Positions 16,985-27,118 are shown, numbered from the stretch's first letter. The stretch is 64,000 nucleotides of DNA from an uncultured Collinsella sp. (GCA_900548565.1 URKV01000001.1:4774-68773); one strand, 5' to 3'. The notes: a model not told the origin generated them from the sequence alone. Program-made: numbers and translations.

Positions 16985-18580
16985 CTACGCGCGGATAACC
17001 TTGTCGACGTTTTGCAGCTGCAGCTCGTCGCCATCCTGACCCTCGATGCGCACGTTCTGCAGGTCGAGGACTTTCACGTTCTGCGCGATGATGCCCTGGC
17101 GCACCATGGGCTCCACGCCGCAGGCCATGGCCGGCACAAAGGGCTCGGCATCGGCGGCAAAGGTCACATGGACATCCTGGAACGTCAGGCGCGTCACCTT
17201 GCTCTCGGGAAGGCCCGTGATATAGGCCGCGGCCGCATGGCAGTTGGTGGCCTCGATATCGCAAAACGTCGTGGCGCCAAAGCCGGGCGTACGGTCGTCG
17301 ACGGGCAGCGCCTCGCGAGACTGCACGTAGTCGGTCTTGCCGTCCTTGTCGCAGAAGTAGAACGAGTTGACCACGAAGGGCGTGAGCACCTTATCCATGC
17401 GAATGTGCTCGAAGGTGATGCCCTCGTTGACGGCGTCCTTGCCGCGTCCGCGGCGTGTCTTGACGCGCAGGCCGCGGTCGGTGCGCTCAAAGAGGCACTT
17501 GCTCACGGTGAGGTCCTTGATGCCGCCGGCGGCCTCGGATCCCAGCACCACGGCGCCGTGGCCGTCGTGCATGTAGCAGTGCGAGATCAGCACGTCGTGC
17601 GTGGCGGGACGGAGCTCGGGTTCAATGCCCAGTTTGCCGCTCTTGATGGCGATGCAGTCGTCCCCCACCGAGAACTGACAGCCAAGGATGCGGACAAAAC
17701 CGCAGCTCTCGGGATCGAAACCGTCGGTGTTGTGGGAGTTCTTGGGACCCTCGATGGACAGGCACAGGGCATCGACGTGCTCGCACAGAATGGGATGGAT
17801 ATTCCACGCCGGGCTGTTGCGCACGGTAAAGCCGGCAAGACTCACGTTTTCGCACTCGGACAGGAAGATCATGCGCGGGCGGGCGATCTCGCGGCCCTCC
17901 TCGGGACGGAAGATGTTCTTAAAGTCCTTGTTCCACCAGTTGTCCTCGGCAAAATCGGTCTGGCCGTCGATGGCGCCGCGGCCATAGATGCACACGTCGT
18001 GCACGCTCAGGCCCGTAAAGGTCGAACAGTAGGTCGAGAAGCTCTCGCCTTCCCAGCGGCCCAGGGGCAGCATGTCGGTGCCGGCATACCCGGCGCCCTC
18101 GTCGCCCGTGACCGTGCCCGGAATGTAGGCAAGCGCCGCGCGGTCGTGACGGGCCAGCAGCACCGCGCCCTCGGCAAGCTCGATGTTGATATTGCTCTTA
18201 AGGAAGAGGGACTTGATGCGGTAGTTGCCGGCGGGGATCAGCACGCGCCCGCCCTTGGGGCAGGCCATGATGGCAGCCTGAATGTTGGTGGTGTCATCGT
18301 GCTCGGCATCGCCCTTGGCTCCGCAGTCGCGAACGTTGATGGTAAAGGGCTCCGCCGGCGTGGTGACGCCTACGCTCAACTCGCGCTCGCCGCAGACAAA
18401 GCGGATCAGGTTGCGCTTGCCGGGGGTCAGGCCATCGACATAGGTCTCGACCGTATTCGTGGTACCGGCGGGCTCATCGTTGACAAAGATCTCCCACGTA
18501 TCGGCACAGGTAAAGTAGCCGCCATCGTCGAGCTCGATAACAGCCGCGCGGGCATTGCGCCAGATAACGTTCGTCTCCAT
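16985..18580 (-). CDS. GH28 (exo-)polygalacturonase with N-terminal extension
   Basis: NTDG, GDD, GHG and RVK catalytic motifs; GAKGD..DDT, SPAWNIHP. Confidence 0.93.
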   Translation of the reverse strand: METNVIWRNARAAVIELDDGGYFTCADTWEIFVNDEPAGTTNTVETYVDGLTPGKRNLIRFVCGERELSVGVTTPAEPFTINVRDCGAKGDAEHDDTTNIQAAIMACPKGGRVLIPAGNYRIKSLFLKSNINIELAEGAVLLARHDRAALAYIPGTVTGDEGAGYAGTDMLPLGRWEGESFSTYCSTFTGLSVHDVCIYGRGAIDGQTDFAEDNWWNKDFKNIFRPEEGREIARPRMIFLSECENVSLAGFTVRNSPAWNIHPILCEHVDALCLSIEGPKNSHNTDGFDPESCGFVRILGCQFSVGDDCIAIKSGKLGIEPELRPATHDVLISHCYMHDGHGAVVLGSEAAGGIKDLTVSKCLFERTDRGLRVKTRRGRGKDAVNEGITFEHIRMDKVLTPFVVNSFYFCDKDGKTDYVQSREALPVDDRTPGFGATTFCDIEATNCHAAAAYITGLPESKVTRLTFQDVHVTFAADAEPFVPAMACGVEPMVRQGIIAQNVKVLDLQNVRIEGQDGDELQLQNVDKVIRA

Positions 18581-18627
18581 GGGTCTCTCCCTCAAATGTA
18601 ATCAGAAGTTCATACTACTCGTTTTTA

Positions 18628-18674
18628 AAAAAGGGCCGCACCCGCCGGTGGATCTCCGGTGGCACGGCCCTTTG
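18628..18674 (-). terminator. Terminator-like hairpin after transporter
   Basis: AAAAAGGGCCG..CCGG.GGATCT.CCGG..CGGCCCTTT; T-run on the minus strand. Confidence 0.55.
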
Positions 18675-18694
18675 GTTTGGACAATGCGTTGGCC

Positions 18695-20254
18695 CTACTC
18701 GGCGGGAATTACGCTGCCGTCCTGGAAGCCAACATTGTTGTGAGCGAAGCAGTCCTCGTACTTAAAGCCGGAGAGCTCCTCGCAAAGCGCCTTGACCTCG
18801 GGCTTGACGTCGGCCATCTTGCCACCCTCCTTGACACGGTGAATCTCGTCGCAAAGGATGTCGCACTGCTCCTTGTCAATCTTGATGCCGCGGGCAAGGA
18901 CGGCCGCGAGCAGGAAGAAGCCGGCGCAGCCGATGAGCATGTAGCCGCAGATGTACAGAGGCACGGTGGCGGGCTGGGTCACGGCGTCGCTGTTGCCGGC
19001 GGTCTGAATGAAGCCGGAGGCAGCAAGGACGATAGCCCATACGTTGACGGCAACAGCCTGGGCGATCTGCTGGCAGAGCTGCTGTGCGGAGCTGTAGATG
19101 CCCTCGCGACGACGCAGGGTGATGAGCTCATCGACATCGGGGATGTAGTTGAGCAGAACATCGGGCAGATACTGGAAGCCAACGTAGAAGAACTTCCAGA
19201 TGGCGAAGATGATGGGGTAGGCGATCATGGCGATGGCGACCGTGGAGGTGCCGTTGATCTGACCAAAGGCGAAGTAGTTGTAGGCGATGATGCACGCGGC
19301 GCAACCGACGTTTGCCAGGTACCAAGACTTGTGGAAGCCCTTCTTGGCCATGAGGGCGACCCAGATGGCGGTGCAGACGATAGCGACGACCTTGCCGGGC
19401 ATCTCCATCACGGACTCGTAGGACTTAGGAATCTGCAGACAGTAGACGATGAAGAAGGACAGGCACGCAGACCAGCAGGCAGCGGCGAGCTTCGTGGAGA
19501 CCTGCGCATACAGGACCTTGCGGAAGGACTTGTTGCGGAAGGTAGAGATAACGTCGATGAAAAACTTCTTGATACCCTCGCCGACGCTCTCGATCTTCTC
19601 CTGAGCGACCTCCTCGGGGGTGTGCTCCCACGTAGACAGGTACACGCAGAGCAGCGAGATTGCCATGACCGAAGCGTTAATCGTAGCAATAATGAAGTAG
19701 CTGAACGGGTTGGTCTCGCCGAAGGTGCCAAAGCCAAAGCCGACGAGTGCTGCCATCAGGAAGCCGGCGGCGTTACCAAAGAGGTGCTTGTAGCCGGTGA
19801 GGTACGTACGCTCCTTGAAGTCATCGGTCATCTCGATGGTAAGCGGCGACAGGTTGGCGGTGCAGAACGTGTACGCGACGTTGTAGATCAGGTACAACAC
19901 AAAGTAGTACGGGAAACCAAACGGCGTAGCCACAAAGATGAGCGGCTCGGCGACCATCATCGGGATAGCCAGCAAGATCCAGAAACGGCGGCGGCCAAAG
20001 ATGCGGCCGATCTTAGTAGCGTAGAAGTTATCGGCCACAAAGCCCATGAGCGGGCACAGAATGGCGTTGAGATAGATGGCGAACGAGCTGATCAGCGCAG
20101 CCTCGCCTGCGGACAGACCGCACTCCGTGGACAGGAACAGCACCATGTAGCTGTGCGTAAAGCTCAGGGCACCGGAGTTGAGCATGCCGCCCATACCAAA
20201 GCCCAAGCGCGTCCAGAATGTGATCTTGCGCTTTTTACCGATCTTGTTAGTCAT
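18695..20254 (-). CDS. GPH/MFS_2 sugar:cation symporter, probable oligogalacturonide importer (TogT-like)
   Basis: About 12 TM; GRIFGRRRF, EMTDDFKERT, IPDVDELITLRRREGIY; RBS GAGGGAG. Confidence 0.88.
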   Translation of the reverse strand: MTNKIGKKRKITFWTRLGFGMGGMLNSGALSFTHSYMVLFLSTECGLSAGEAALISSFAIYLNAILCPLMGFVADNFYATKIGRIFGRRRFWILLAIPMMVAEPLIFVATPFGFPYYFVLYLIYNVAYTFCTANLSPLTIEMTDDFKERTYLTGYKHLFGNAAGFLMAALVGFGFGTFGETNPFSYFIIATINASVMAISLLCVYLSTWEHTPEEVAQEKIESVGEGIKKFFIDVISTFRNKSFRKVLYAQVSTKLAAACWSACLSFFIVYCLQIPKSYESVMEMPGKVVAIVCTAIWVALMAKKGFHKSWYLANVGCAACIIAYNYFAFGQINGTSTVAIAMIAYPIIFAIWKFFYVGFQYLPDVLLNYIPDVDELITLRRREGIYSSAQQLCQQIAQAVAVNVWAIVLAASGFIQTAGNSDAVTQPATVPLYICGYMLIGCAGFFLLAAVLARGIKIDKEQCDILCDEIHRVKEGGKMADVKPEVKALCEELSGFKYEDCFAHNNVGFQDGSVIPAE

Positions 20255-20337
20255 CGAGCTCCCTCTCTTTTCTCGATTGTCTTGTAACAAGACATTGGAG
20301 TCCATACCGATGTCTGTCTGCATATCGCCCACTCGTA

Positions 20338-20513
20338 GGGTGAACGTTTAGCTAGATTATGCGCGATTGCATATGATAGGTGAACGTTCACTTGTATATT
20401 ATCCTTGAACGGTCGTTTTTTGCCGTTAAACGGACATCTGACTTGAAAAATATCACGATTACATGGGTATTGAGTGGGTTTAAATTTGAGGTCGATTAGG
20501 TGAACGTTTATTG
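20338..20513. promoter_or_regulatory. Three operator copies upstream of transporter (20338, 20378, 20498)
   Basis: GGGTGAACGTTTAGCT, AGGTGAACGTTCACTT, AGGTGAACGTTTATTG. Confidence 0.75.
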
Positions 20514-20633
20514 TTTTCGCCGCTCCCGTACCCTCAGGAAGACACGCCCGAACAGACAGAACAAACATGGCCCCGCCGGGAACACTCCCGACGGGGCCAT
20601 GGTCAATAGCGCCCTATGCGAACCCATTTACCG

Positions 20634-22118
20634 CTACAGGCAGACGCCATCCTTCCAAATGCTGATCTCGTGGCAGCCGCGACGCTCGGCACTCGTAAGC
20701 TTGCCGCTCGCCGTTTCTAGCACCAGCTGGTACAGGTCGTGGGCAGCCTCGTCGAGCGTACGCTCGCCCGTGGCGATCACGCCGGCGTTAAAGTCCATCC
20801 AGTTGGCCTTGTGGTCGCACAGACGCTGGTTGGTGAACACCTTGAGGGTAGGCGCCGGTGCGCCAAACGGCGTGCCGCGGCCGGTCGAGAACAGGATTAC
20901 GTGGCAGCCGGCAGCCGTCAGGGCCGTGGTGGATACCATGTCGTTGCCCGGACCGCACAGCATGTTCAGGCCATGCTTGGTAGCCTGACCGGCATACGGC
21001 AGTACGTCGACGATGGGGGCAGATCCGCCCTTTTGCACGCAGCCGCAGCTCTTGTCCTCGAGCGTGGTAATGCCGCCGTCCTTGTTGCCGGGGCTCGGGT
21101 TCTCATAGACGACCTCACCATGGCTGATAAAGTAGTCCTTAAAGCCGTTGAGCATGTCGGCAGCTGCGTTAAAGACGTCCTGGCTCTCACAGCGATCGAG
21201 CAGAATGCTCTCCGCGCCAAACATCTCGGGCACCTCGGTGAGCACCGACGTGCCGCCACGGGCGACGACCATATCGCTCACGCGACCGATCGTGGGGTTG
21301 GCGGTAATGCCCGAAAGACCGTCAGAGCCACCGCACTTAAGGCCAATGACCAGCTCGGAGGCAGGAATGGGCTCACGCTTGGCCTGCTTGGCCAGGTCGG
21401 CAAGCTCGGACAGGATCTTGCGACCCTCGACCTGCTCGTCGGCTACATCCTGGCAGGCGAGGAATCGAACGCGCTCGCGATCAAAGTCACCGAGCTCGTC
21501 GAGTACCTGCTGGTGCGTGCAGTTTTCGCAACCGAGGGACAGGAACAGCACACCCGCAGCGTTTGCGTGACGCGAGAGCGCCACCAGCAGACGGCGCGTC
21601 TGGGCATGGTCGGCACCGGTCTGCGAGCAGCCAAAGGGATGCGGGAAGTAGTAAACGCCCTCCAGCGAGCCCTCGACCAGATCCTGAGCCTGCTCGCACA
21701 TGGCACGTGCGACCTCGTTGACGCAGCCGACCGTGGGGATGATCCACAGCTCGTTGCGCGTGGCGGCGCGGCCATCGGCGCGACGGAAACCCATAAAGGT
21801 CTCGGGCTCAACCGGCTCAACGACCGGATGCGTCGGGTTGTAAGCGTACTCGACCTCGCCCGAAAGGTTGGTCTTGACGTTATGCGTATGAAGCCACTGA
21901 CCGGGCTGGATGTCGCCCGTCACGTGACCGATAGGAAGACCGTACTTGACGACGTCCTCCCCCGCCGCAATGGCACGCACGGCCATCTTGTGGCCCTGCG
22001 GAATATCCTCCGCGGCAACGACCTCGCCCACCCCGGGAACCGCGACGGCGGTGCCCTTGGCAAGCGGCGACAGCGCGACGATCACGTTGTCGGCCGGATT
22101 GATCTGGATAGTATTCAT
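20634..22118 (-). CDS. uxaA: Altronate dehydratase
   Basis: N-terminal SAF domain (GHKMA, KYGLPIG, HTHN), PTVGCVN, KCGGSDG.SG.TANP, FSTGRGTP. Confidence 0.93.
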   Translation of the reverse strand: MNTIQINPADNVIVALSPLAKGTAVAVPGVGEVVAAEDIPQGHKMAVRAIAAGEDVVKYGLPIGHVTGDIQPGQWLHTHNVKTNLSGEVEYAYNPTHPVVEPVEPETFMGFRRADGRAATRNELWIIPTVGCVNEVARAMCEQAQDLVEGSLEGVYYFPHPFGCSQTGADHAQTRRLLVALSRHANAAGVLFLSLGCENCTHQQVLDELGDFDRERVRFLACQDVADEQVEGRKILSELADLAKQAKREPIPASELVIGLKCGGSDGLSGITANPTIGRVSDMVVARGGTSVLTEVPEMFGAESILLDRCESQDVFNAAADMLNGFKDYFISHGEVVYENPSPGNKDGGITTLEDKSCGCVQKGGSAPIVDVLPYAGQATKHGLNMLCGPGNDMVSTTALTAAGCHVILFSTGRGTPFGAPAPTLKVFTNQRLCDHKANWMDFNAGVIATGERTLDEAAHDLYQLVLETASGKLTSAERRGCHEISIWKDGVCL

Positions 22119-22196
22119 TACAAAGAGTCCTAACCCTACAGGTTGAGCAGAAGTCAGCGGGCGCCCGCCAGTTGCCCGGCGGGCGCACAGAAGGAT

Positions 22197-23711
22197 TTAG
22201 GCCTGGGCGTTGGCAAATGCCTGCTTGGCGCCCTCGGCGCGCACAACGGCAAGCGCGTTGACGACAAACTCCTCAAGGCCGGCGATCTGCGTAAGGTCCT
22301 CGCCCCACATCTGCTCGTTGCTGAGCACGTCGTGCACCAGCTCGGCATCGTCTGCACCGGCGTGGGCGGCGTAGAAATCGAGCACGAAGGCATCGTCCTG
22401 AGCGGTGTACTCGGTGCCGTCGGCGCGGCGCAGGTGCAGGCCATCGCCCTCGCGAGCAACGAGCTCCTGCGTATAGAAGGCAATGAGCGTAGCGAGGCTC
22501 GTCGCCAGGCACTTGGGCAGGTTGCCGGTCTCGGCAACATAGTCCTTGAGCGTGGGCAGGTCGCGAGCACGCCATTTGGCGGTTGAGTTGAGGCAAATGG
22601 AGAGCAGCGCGTGGTCGATAAACGGGTTGTCGAAGCGGTTCTCGACGGCGGCGGCAAAGGCCTTGCAGTCCTCGACATCAAGATCGGCGGCAAGCGTCGG
22701 GATGACCTCGTCGTAGAGCATGGTGTTCATGAAGCCGCGAACGGTCTCGTCATGCATGCAATCGCGCACGATGTCAAAGCCGGCAACCCAGGAACCCGGA
22801 ACAAAGGCAGTGTGGGCGCCGTTGAGGATGCGGACCTTGCGCTTCTTGTACGGGGTGACATCGGGGGTCACAAAGACGCCCGGCAGGCCGGCCTTCACGA
22901 AGGGCAGACGCTCCTTGAGCGACTCATCGCCCTGGATACCCCACATCTGGAAGGGCTCGCGCACGGCCAGGAAGGGATCCTCGTAGCCCAGGCGCTCGGC
23001 CACGGCAGCGGCCTCCTTAGGGTCGCGGATACGGCCGGGGACGATAGTGTCGACGAGCGTGGTGCAGACGGTGCAGTCGCTGGCCATCCACTGCGCAAAC
23101 TCGTCCTCCCAGCCCCAGTCGCTCACGTACTGGTTCATGATGCGCAACAGCTCCTCGCCGTTGTGATCGATGAGCTCACAGGCGAGCACGATGACGCCCG
23201 GCTTGCCGGCGGCCCAGCGGGTGTGGAGCACCTGGGCAAGCTTGGCGGGGAAGCTCGCGGGCGGCATGTCGTCGGCCTTGCAGGACGGATCGTAGGCGAT
23301 ACCGGCCTCGGTGGTGTTGGAGACGATAATCTCCAAATCGTCGGAGACGGCGACCTCCATCATGGCGCGGTAGTCGTCCTCGCGATACGGATTGAGGCAG
23401 CGGCTGCAGGCGCTGATCACACGAGACTCGTCGACCGTGTTGCCGCTCTCCTTGCCGCGCACCAGCACGGTGTACAGGTCATCCTGAGCGTTAATGCCGT
23501 CGGCAAAGCCAAAGGCACCGCTGATGGGCTGGACCATGACAACCTTGCCGTTCCAGCCGGTTGCCTCGTTGCCCATGTCAAAGAAGCGGTCGACGAAGGC
23601 GCGCAGGAAATTGCCCTCGCCAAACTGCAGAACCTTCTCGGGCGCGTCCTTGGGCAGCAGGTAGCCCTTGTAGCCGATCTTCTCGAGCGTCTCGTAGCTG
23701 ATGTTCTCCAT
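22197..23711 (-). CDS. uxaB: Tagaturonate reductase (altronate oxidoreductase)
   Basis: QFGEGNFLRAF, SNTTEAGI, SFPAKL, CELIDHNG, KVRILNGAH, RFDNPFIDH. Confidence 0.93.
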   Translation of the reverse strand: MENISYETLEKIGYKGYLLPKDAPEKVLQFGEGNFLRAFVDRFFDMGNEATGWNGKVVMVQPISGAFGFADGINAQDDLYTVLVRGKESGNTVDESRVISACSRCLNPYREDDYRAMMEVAVSDDLEIIVSNTTEAGIAYDPSCKADDMPPASFPAKLAQVLHTRWAAGKPGVIVLACELIDHNGEELLRIMNQYVSDWGWEDEFAQWMASDCTVCTTLVDTIVPGRIRDPKEAAAVAERLGYEDPFLAVREPFQMWGIQGDESLKERLPFVKAGLPGVFVTPDVTPYKKRKVRILNGAHTAFVPGSWVAGFDIVRDCMHDETVRGFMNTMLYDEVIPTLAADLDVEDCKAFAAAVENRFDNPFIDHALLSICLNSTAKWRARDLPTLKDYVAETGNLPKCLATSLATLIAFYTQELVAREGDGLHLRRADGTEYTAQDDAFVLDFYAAHAGADDAELVHDVLSNEQMWGEDLTQIAGLEEFVVNALAVVRAEGAKQAFANAQA

Positions 23712-23807
23712 CGATGTCTCTCCTTAGATTGCTGTTAGCGTGCAGGCAAAACGGGGGCGCCGCGTGTGGCAACGGCGCTCCCGAGTTCGGTGTGATTCGA
23801 TGCGGGT

Positions 23808-25235
23808 TTAGGCCTCGACGGTATCCAGGTCAAAGCCAAAGTAGCGGACCGCGTTGTTGTAGCTAATGTCGCGCACGATGGCTCCCAGCAGCTCCATGTC
23901 GGCGGGGTACTTGCCCTGCTCGACCCACTCACCGATCACGCCGCACAGCACGCGACGGAAGTACTCGTGACGCGGGTAGGACAGGAAGGAGCGGGAATCG
24001 GTAAGCATGCCCACAAAGTTGCCCAGCACGCCCTCGTTAGCCAGAGCCGTGAGCTGCTCGCGCATACCAACCTCGTTGTCGTTGAACCACCAGGCAGAGC
24101 CGTTCTGGATCTTGCCGGCGGTCGGAGCCTCCTGGAAGCAGCCCATCACGGTATCGATCATGGTGTTGTCGATGGGGTTCAGGCTGTACAGGATGGTCTT
24201 GGGCAGACCCGTGGACTCCTGGATGGAGTTGAGGAAATCGGCCAGCTGGTCGGACGGCGTGTAGTTGGAGATGCAGTCGTAGCCGGTGTCGGGACCGAGC
24301 TTGGCGAACATAGCGCGGTTGTTGTCACGCTTGCAGCCAAAGTGCAGCTGCATGGCCCAGCCAAGGCGGACATACTCGCCGGCGACGAACTGCATAAAGG
24401 CCGTCTTGTACTTGAGGACCTCGTCCTCGGCAAGCGGCTCGGCGGCAAGGCCCTTGGCAAAGATAGTCTCGATCTCGTCGGCGGTAGCCGGAACGTACAT
24501 AACGTAGTCGAGCGCGTGGTCGGAAGCGCGGCAGCCCAGCTCGTGGGCAACGTCGTAGCGCTTGGAGATGGCAGCCTTCATGCCCTCGAAGTCGCTGATC
24601 TCAACGCCAGCAACCTCGGAGAGATGCTTGCAGTAGTCGGCGAACTCCTGGCCACGCTCGATGCGCAGGGCGGCATCGGGGCGCATGGCGGGAACGACCT
24701 GAACGTCAAAACTGTCGTCGGCGGCAATCTTCTTGTGCCACTCAAAGCTGTCGGCGGGGTCGTCGGTAGTGCAGATCATACGGACGTTGGACTGCTTGAT
24801 CAGGTTGCGGCAGGTAAAGCTGGCCTCAGCGAGCTTGGCGTTGGCAAGGTCCCAGACTTCCTGAGCGGTTTTGCCGTTCAGGACGCCCTCGTAGCCAAAG
24901 TAACGCTTAAGCTCCAGGTGGCTCCACTCAAAGACGGGGTTGCCCACGCAACGGCCCAGGGTCTCGGCCCACTTCTGGAACTTCTCGCGAGCAGGGGCAT
25001 CGCCGGTAATGAAGCGCTCGTCGACGCCGTTGGCACGCATCAGGCGCCACTTGTAGTGGTCACCGCCCAGCCAAACCTCGGTGATGTTCTCAAAACGCTT
25101 GTCGTCCCAGATCTCCTTGGGAGAAATGTGGCAGTGGTAGTCAACGATGGGCATGCCCTCGGCAAAGTTGTGGAACAGCTCCTCACCGGTTTTGGTGCTC
25201 AGCAGGAAATCCTGATCGTCCATGAAGTTTTTCAT
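23808..25235 (-). CDS. uxaC: Uronate isomerase
   Basis: PIVDYHCH, GDHYKWRLMR, CTTDDPAD, WWFND, GMLTDSRSFLSYPRHEYFRR. Confidence 0.95.
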   Translation of the reverse strand: MKNFMDDQDFLLSTKTGEELFHNFAEGMPIVDYHCHISPKEIWDDKRFENITEVWLGGDHYKWRLMRANGVDERFITGDAPAREKFQKWAETLGRCVGNPVFEWSHLELKRYFGYEGVLNGKTAQEVWDLANAKLAEASFTCRNLIKQSNVRMICTTDDPADSFEWHKKIAADDSFDVQVVPAMRPDAALRIERGQEFADYCKHLSEVAGVEISDFEGMKAAISKRYDVAHELGCRASDHALDYVMYVPATADEIETIFAKGLAAEPLAEDEVLKYKTAFMQFVAGEYVRLGWAMQLHFGCKRDNNRAMFAKLGPDTGYDCISNYTPSDQLADFLNSIQESTGLPKTILYSLNPIDNTMIDTVMGCFQEAPTAGKIQNGSAWWFNDNEVGMREQLTALANEGVLGNFVGMLTDSRSFLSYPRHEYFRRVLCGVIGEWVEQGKYPADMELLGAIVRDISYNNAVRYFGFDLDTVEA

Positions 25236-25287
25236 CAAACAACCCCTTTGTTGGCGGAGCGGGCGCACGATGCGCTCGTTATCCTCT

Positions 25288-25341
25288 AGGTGAACGTTCA
25301 CTATACTAATTCATTGCGACTTAAAAGGTGAACGTTCACCT
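25288..25341. promoter_or_regulatory. Two operator copies upstream of uxaC
   Basis: AGGTGAACGTTCACTA (25288-25303) and perfect AGGTGAACGTTCACCT (25326-25341). Confidence 0.8.
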
Positions 25342-25473
25342 AACCACCATGGGGTGAACGGTCGATTTTGCCCGTTCAACGGTTACTGGAGCCGTGACTT
25401 GTATGTATTGCGAATTGGCAGGCGTCCCCGAATACCGAACTTGAGCGCTTTGGCCAGGTGGGTCATGTTCCGC

Positions 25474-25666
25474 CGTGCATTTTTGGGAGTATTCAGCATC
25501 GGAGCGCACCGCGCACCGTCTTCGAAGCCCTATCTGATGCTCATATTGCGCCCAATCGGCATAAATAAGTGCCCCCGATGGCGAATTACGCCATCGGGGG
25601 CACTTAAAACAGTCGTCCTAACCTCTTTCGGGACACGCCATTGCTGAATACTCCAAAAAAAGCACG
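25474..25666. repeat. MITE-like element with ~25-bp imperfect terminal inverted repeats and an internal hairpin
   Basis: CGTGCATTTTTGGGAGTATTCAGCA / TGCTGAATACTCCAAAAAAAGCACG; inner TAAGTGCCCCCGATGGCG-aatta-CGCCATCGGGGGCACTTA (25566-25606). Confidence 0.5.
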
Positions 25667-25694
25667 TCGCAAGAGGGGGTACCTGACTAAACGG

Positions 25695-26774
25695 CTAAAT
25701 TCCCGCAAGCTCGCAGTAGCGGTCGACGTTGCTGGCAAACACCATCTCCACAGCACCCTTCTGCACGGGCTCCGCCGGAGTTTTACCCCACAGCAGATAC
25801 TCGCCCAAGGTCTTGGCGCCACGGTAGGCCAGGCTCACCGGGTCCTTATAGACAATATTGGTAAAGATGCCACGGCGCAAGGCCAAGGCGCTCTCGGGGA
25901 ACAGGTCGTTGCCGATTACCATGACCTTGCCGGCCTTGCCGCTTGAAACAAGCGCGTCGGCGACCACCTCGGAACCAACGGCAAAAACGCTACAGATGAG
26001 CTCGGGAGCATCCGGCGCACTCAAGCGCTGCTCAAGCTCGCGCTCGAGCTGTTTGACTTGCGCATGGGCGCCGGCAAGGTCCTCAACCCGCCATGGAATA
26101 TCGTGTTCGCGCAGGTAATTATGAAAGGCGCGGGCGGTCAGGTAGTGTGAGTCGGTATAGGGATCGCCCGCCAACAGAAGCACGCGGGCGTCAGCCCCAG
26201 AAGCGTGGACCAGGTTAGCCGCCTGCTCTGCCATAAGGCTGCCCGCCGCGGAATAGTCCGCCAGACTGGCACCCAGGCGATCGAGGTGCGGTCGGTCGCC
26301 GTCTACGAGCTCGATTGCCACGCCCGCCTCGGCAATCTGCCTCAAGAGCTCGGTCGCGCGGTCATCGCCCGGAACATAGGCAAGCAGACCATCAATCTTC
26401 TCGCCTACCTGCAGACGCTCATCGATCTGCTCGAGCGCATCGGCGTAGCCGCCCACGCCAAATTCTACGCGCTCAACCGTAATGCCCTGATCGATGACCT
26501 CCTGCTCAAAGCGGTTGCAGCCTTCCCAAAGGTAACGGAAAAAGTACGCCCCCTCGCGCGATGCGCGGGGCAGGCAAAACACCAGGTTGATATCCTTGCG
26601 GCGCAGGCTCGAGGCACTCGTATTGCGATGGTAACCCATGGCCTCGGCCTTAGCATTCACCTTGGAGCGCACGGATTCGCTCACGCCGGCCTTACCCGTC
26701 AGGGCCTTGTGCACGGTATTGATGGAAACGCCAAGCTCGGCGGCTATGTCCTTCATGGTTACGCGAGCGCTCAT
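25695..26774 (-). CDS. LacI-family transcriptional regulator
   Basis: VTMKDIAAELGVSINTVHKAL HTH plus periplasmic-binding-like effector domain. Confidence 0.92.
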   Translation of the reverse strand: MSARVTMKDIAAELGVSINTVHKALTGKAGVSESVRSKVNAKAEAMGYHRNTSASSLRRKDINLVFCLPRASREGAYFFRYLWEGCNRFEQEVIDQGITVERVEFGVGGYADALEQIDERLQVGEKIDGLLAYVPGDDRATELLRQIAEAGVAIELVDGDRPHLDRLGASLADYSAAGSLMAEQAANLVHASGADARVLLLAGDPYTDSHYLTARAFHNYLREHDIPWRVEDLAGAHAQVKQLERELEQRLSAPDAPELICSVFAVGSEVVADALVSSGKAGKVMVIGNDLFPESALALRRGIFTNIVYKDPVSLAYRGAKTLGEYLLWGKTPAEPVQKGAVEMVFASNVDRYCELAGI

Positions 26775-26917
26775 GGGGTTACTCCGTTATAGATAAGTTG
26801 CCAATTAACAGTACAGGTAACGATACCCCAAAATCACTCTTCAACTCGCCGCGCTCTCCCCCAAATGTGCAAAGCGCCCCGCGAACGGATGCTCGCGAGG
26901 CGCTTGGATGACGGACC

Positions 26918-27118
26918 TTACTTGATACCGCGGCCCAAGTCTTCGGCAATTTTGTCCACGCCCTTAAGTGCGGCGCAAGTCTTTTTGTTGGAGCAATGTC
27001 CCGTGCAAACGCCGCCCTGAGCGCAGTCGGCGCAGGTTCCCTTGCGGTAGATGCGTACGCACACGGCGACAAACGCAATACCGATAACAGCCAGTACAAC
27101 AATATCGATAGGTGCCAT
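26918..27118 (-). CDS. FeoB-associated Cys-rich small membrane protein
   Basis: N-terminal TM helix, CADCAQGGVCTGHC; RBS GAGGAGG; downstream of feoB. Confidence 0.8.
   Translation of the reverse strand: MAPIDIVVLAVIGIAFVAVCVRIYRKGTCADCAQGGVCTGHCSNKKTCAALKGVDKIAEDLGRGIK

Noticed and set aside
20291..20314. Small hairpin with AGTCCATACC resembling the CCCAUWCC loop motif
   Set aside because: It folds on the strand antisense to the transporter leader and is short; chance cannot be excluded
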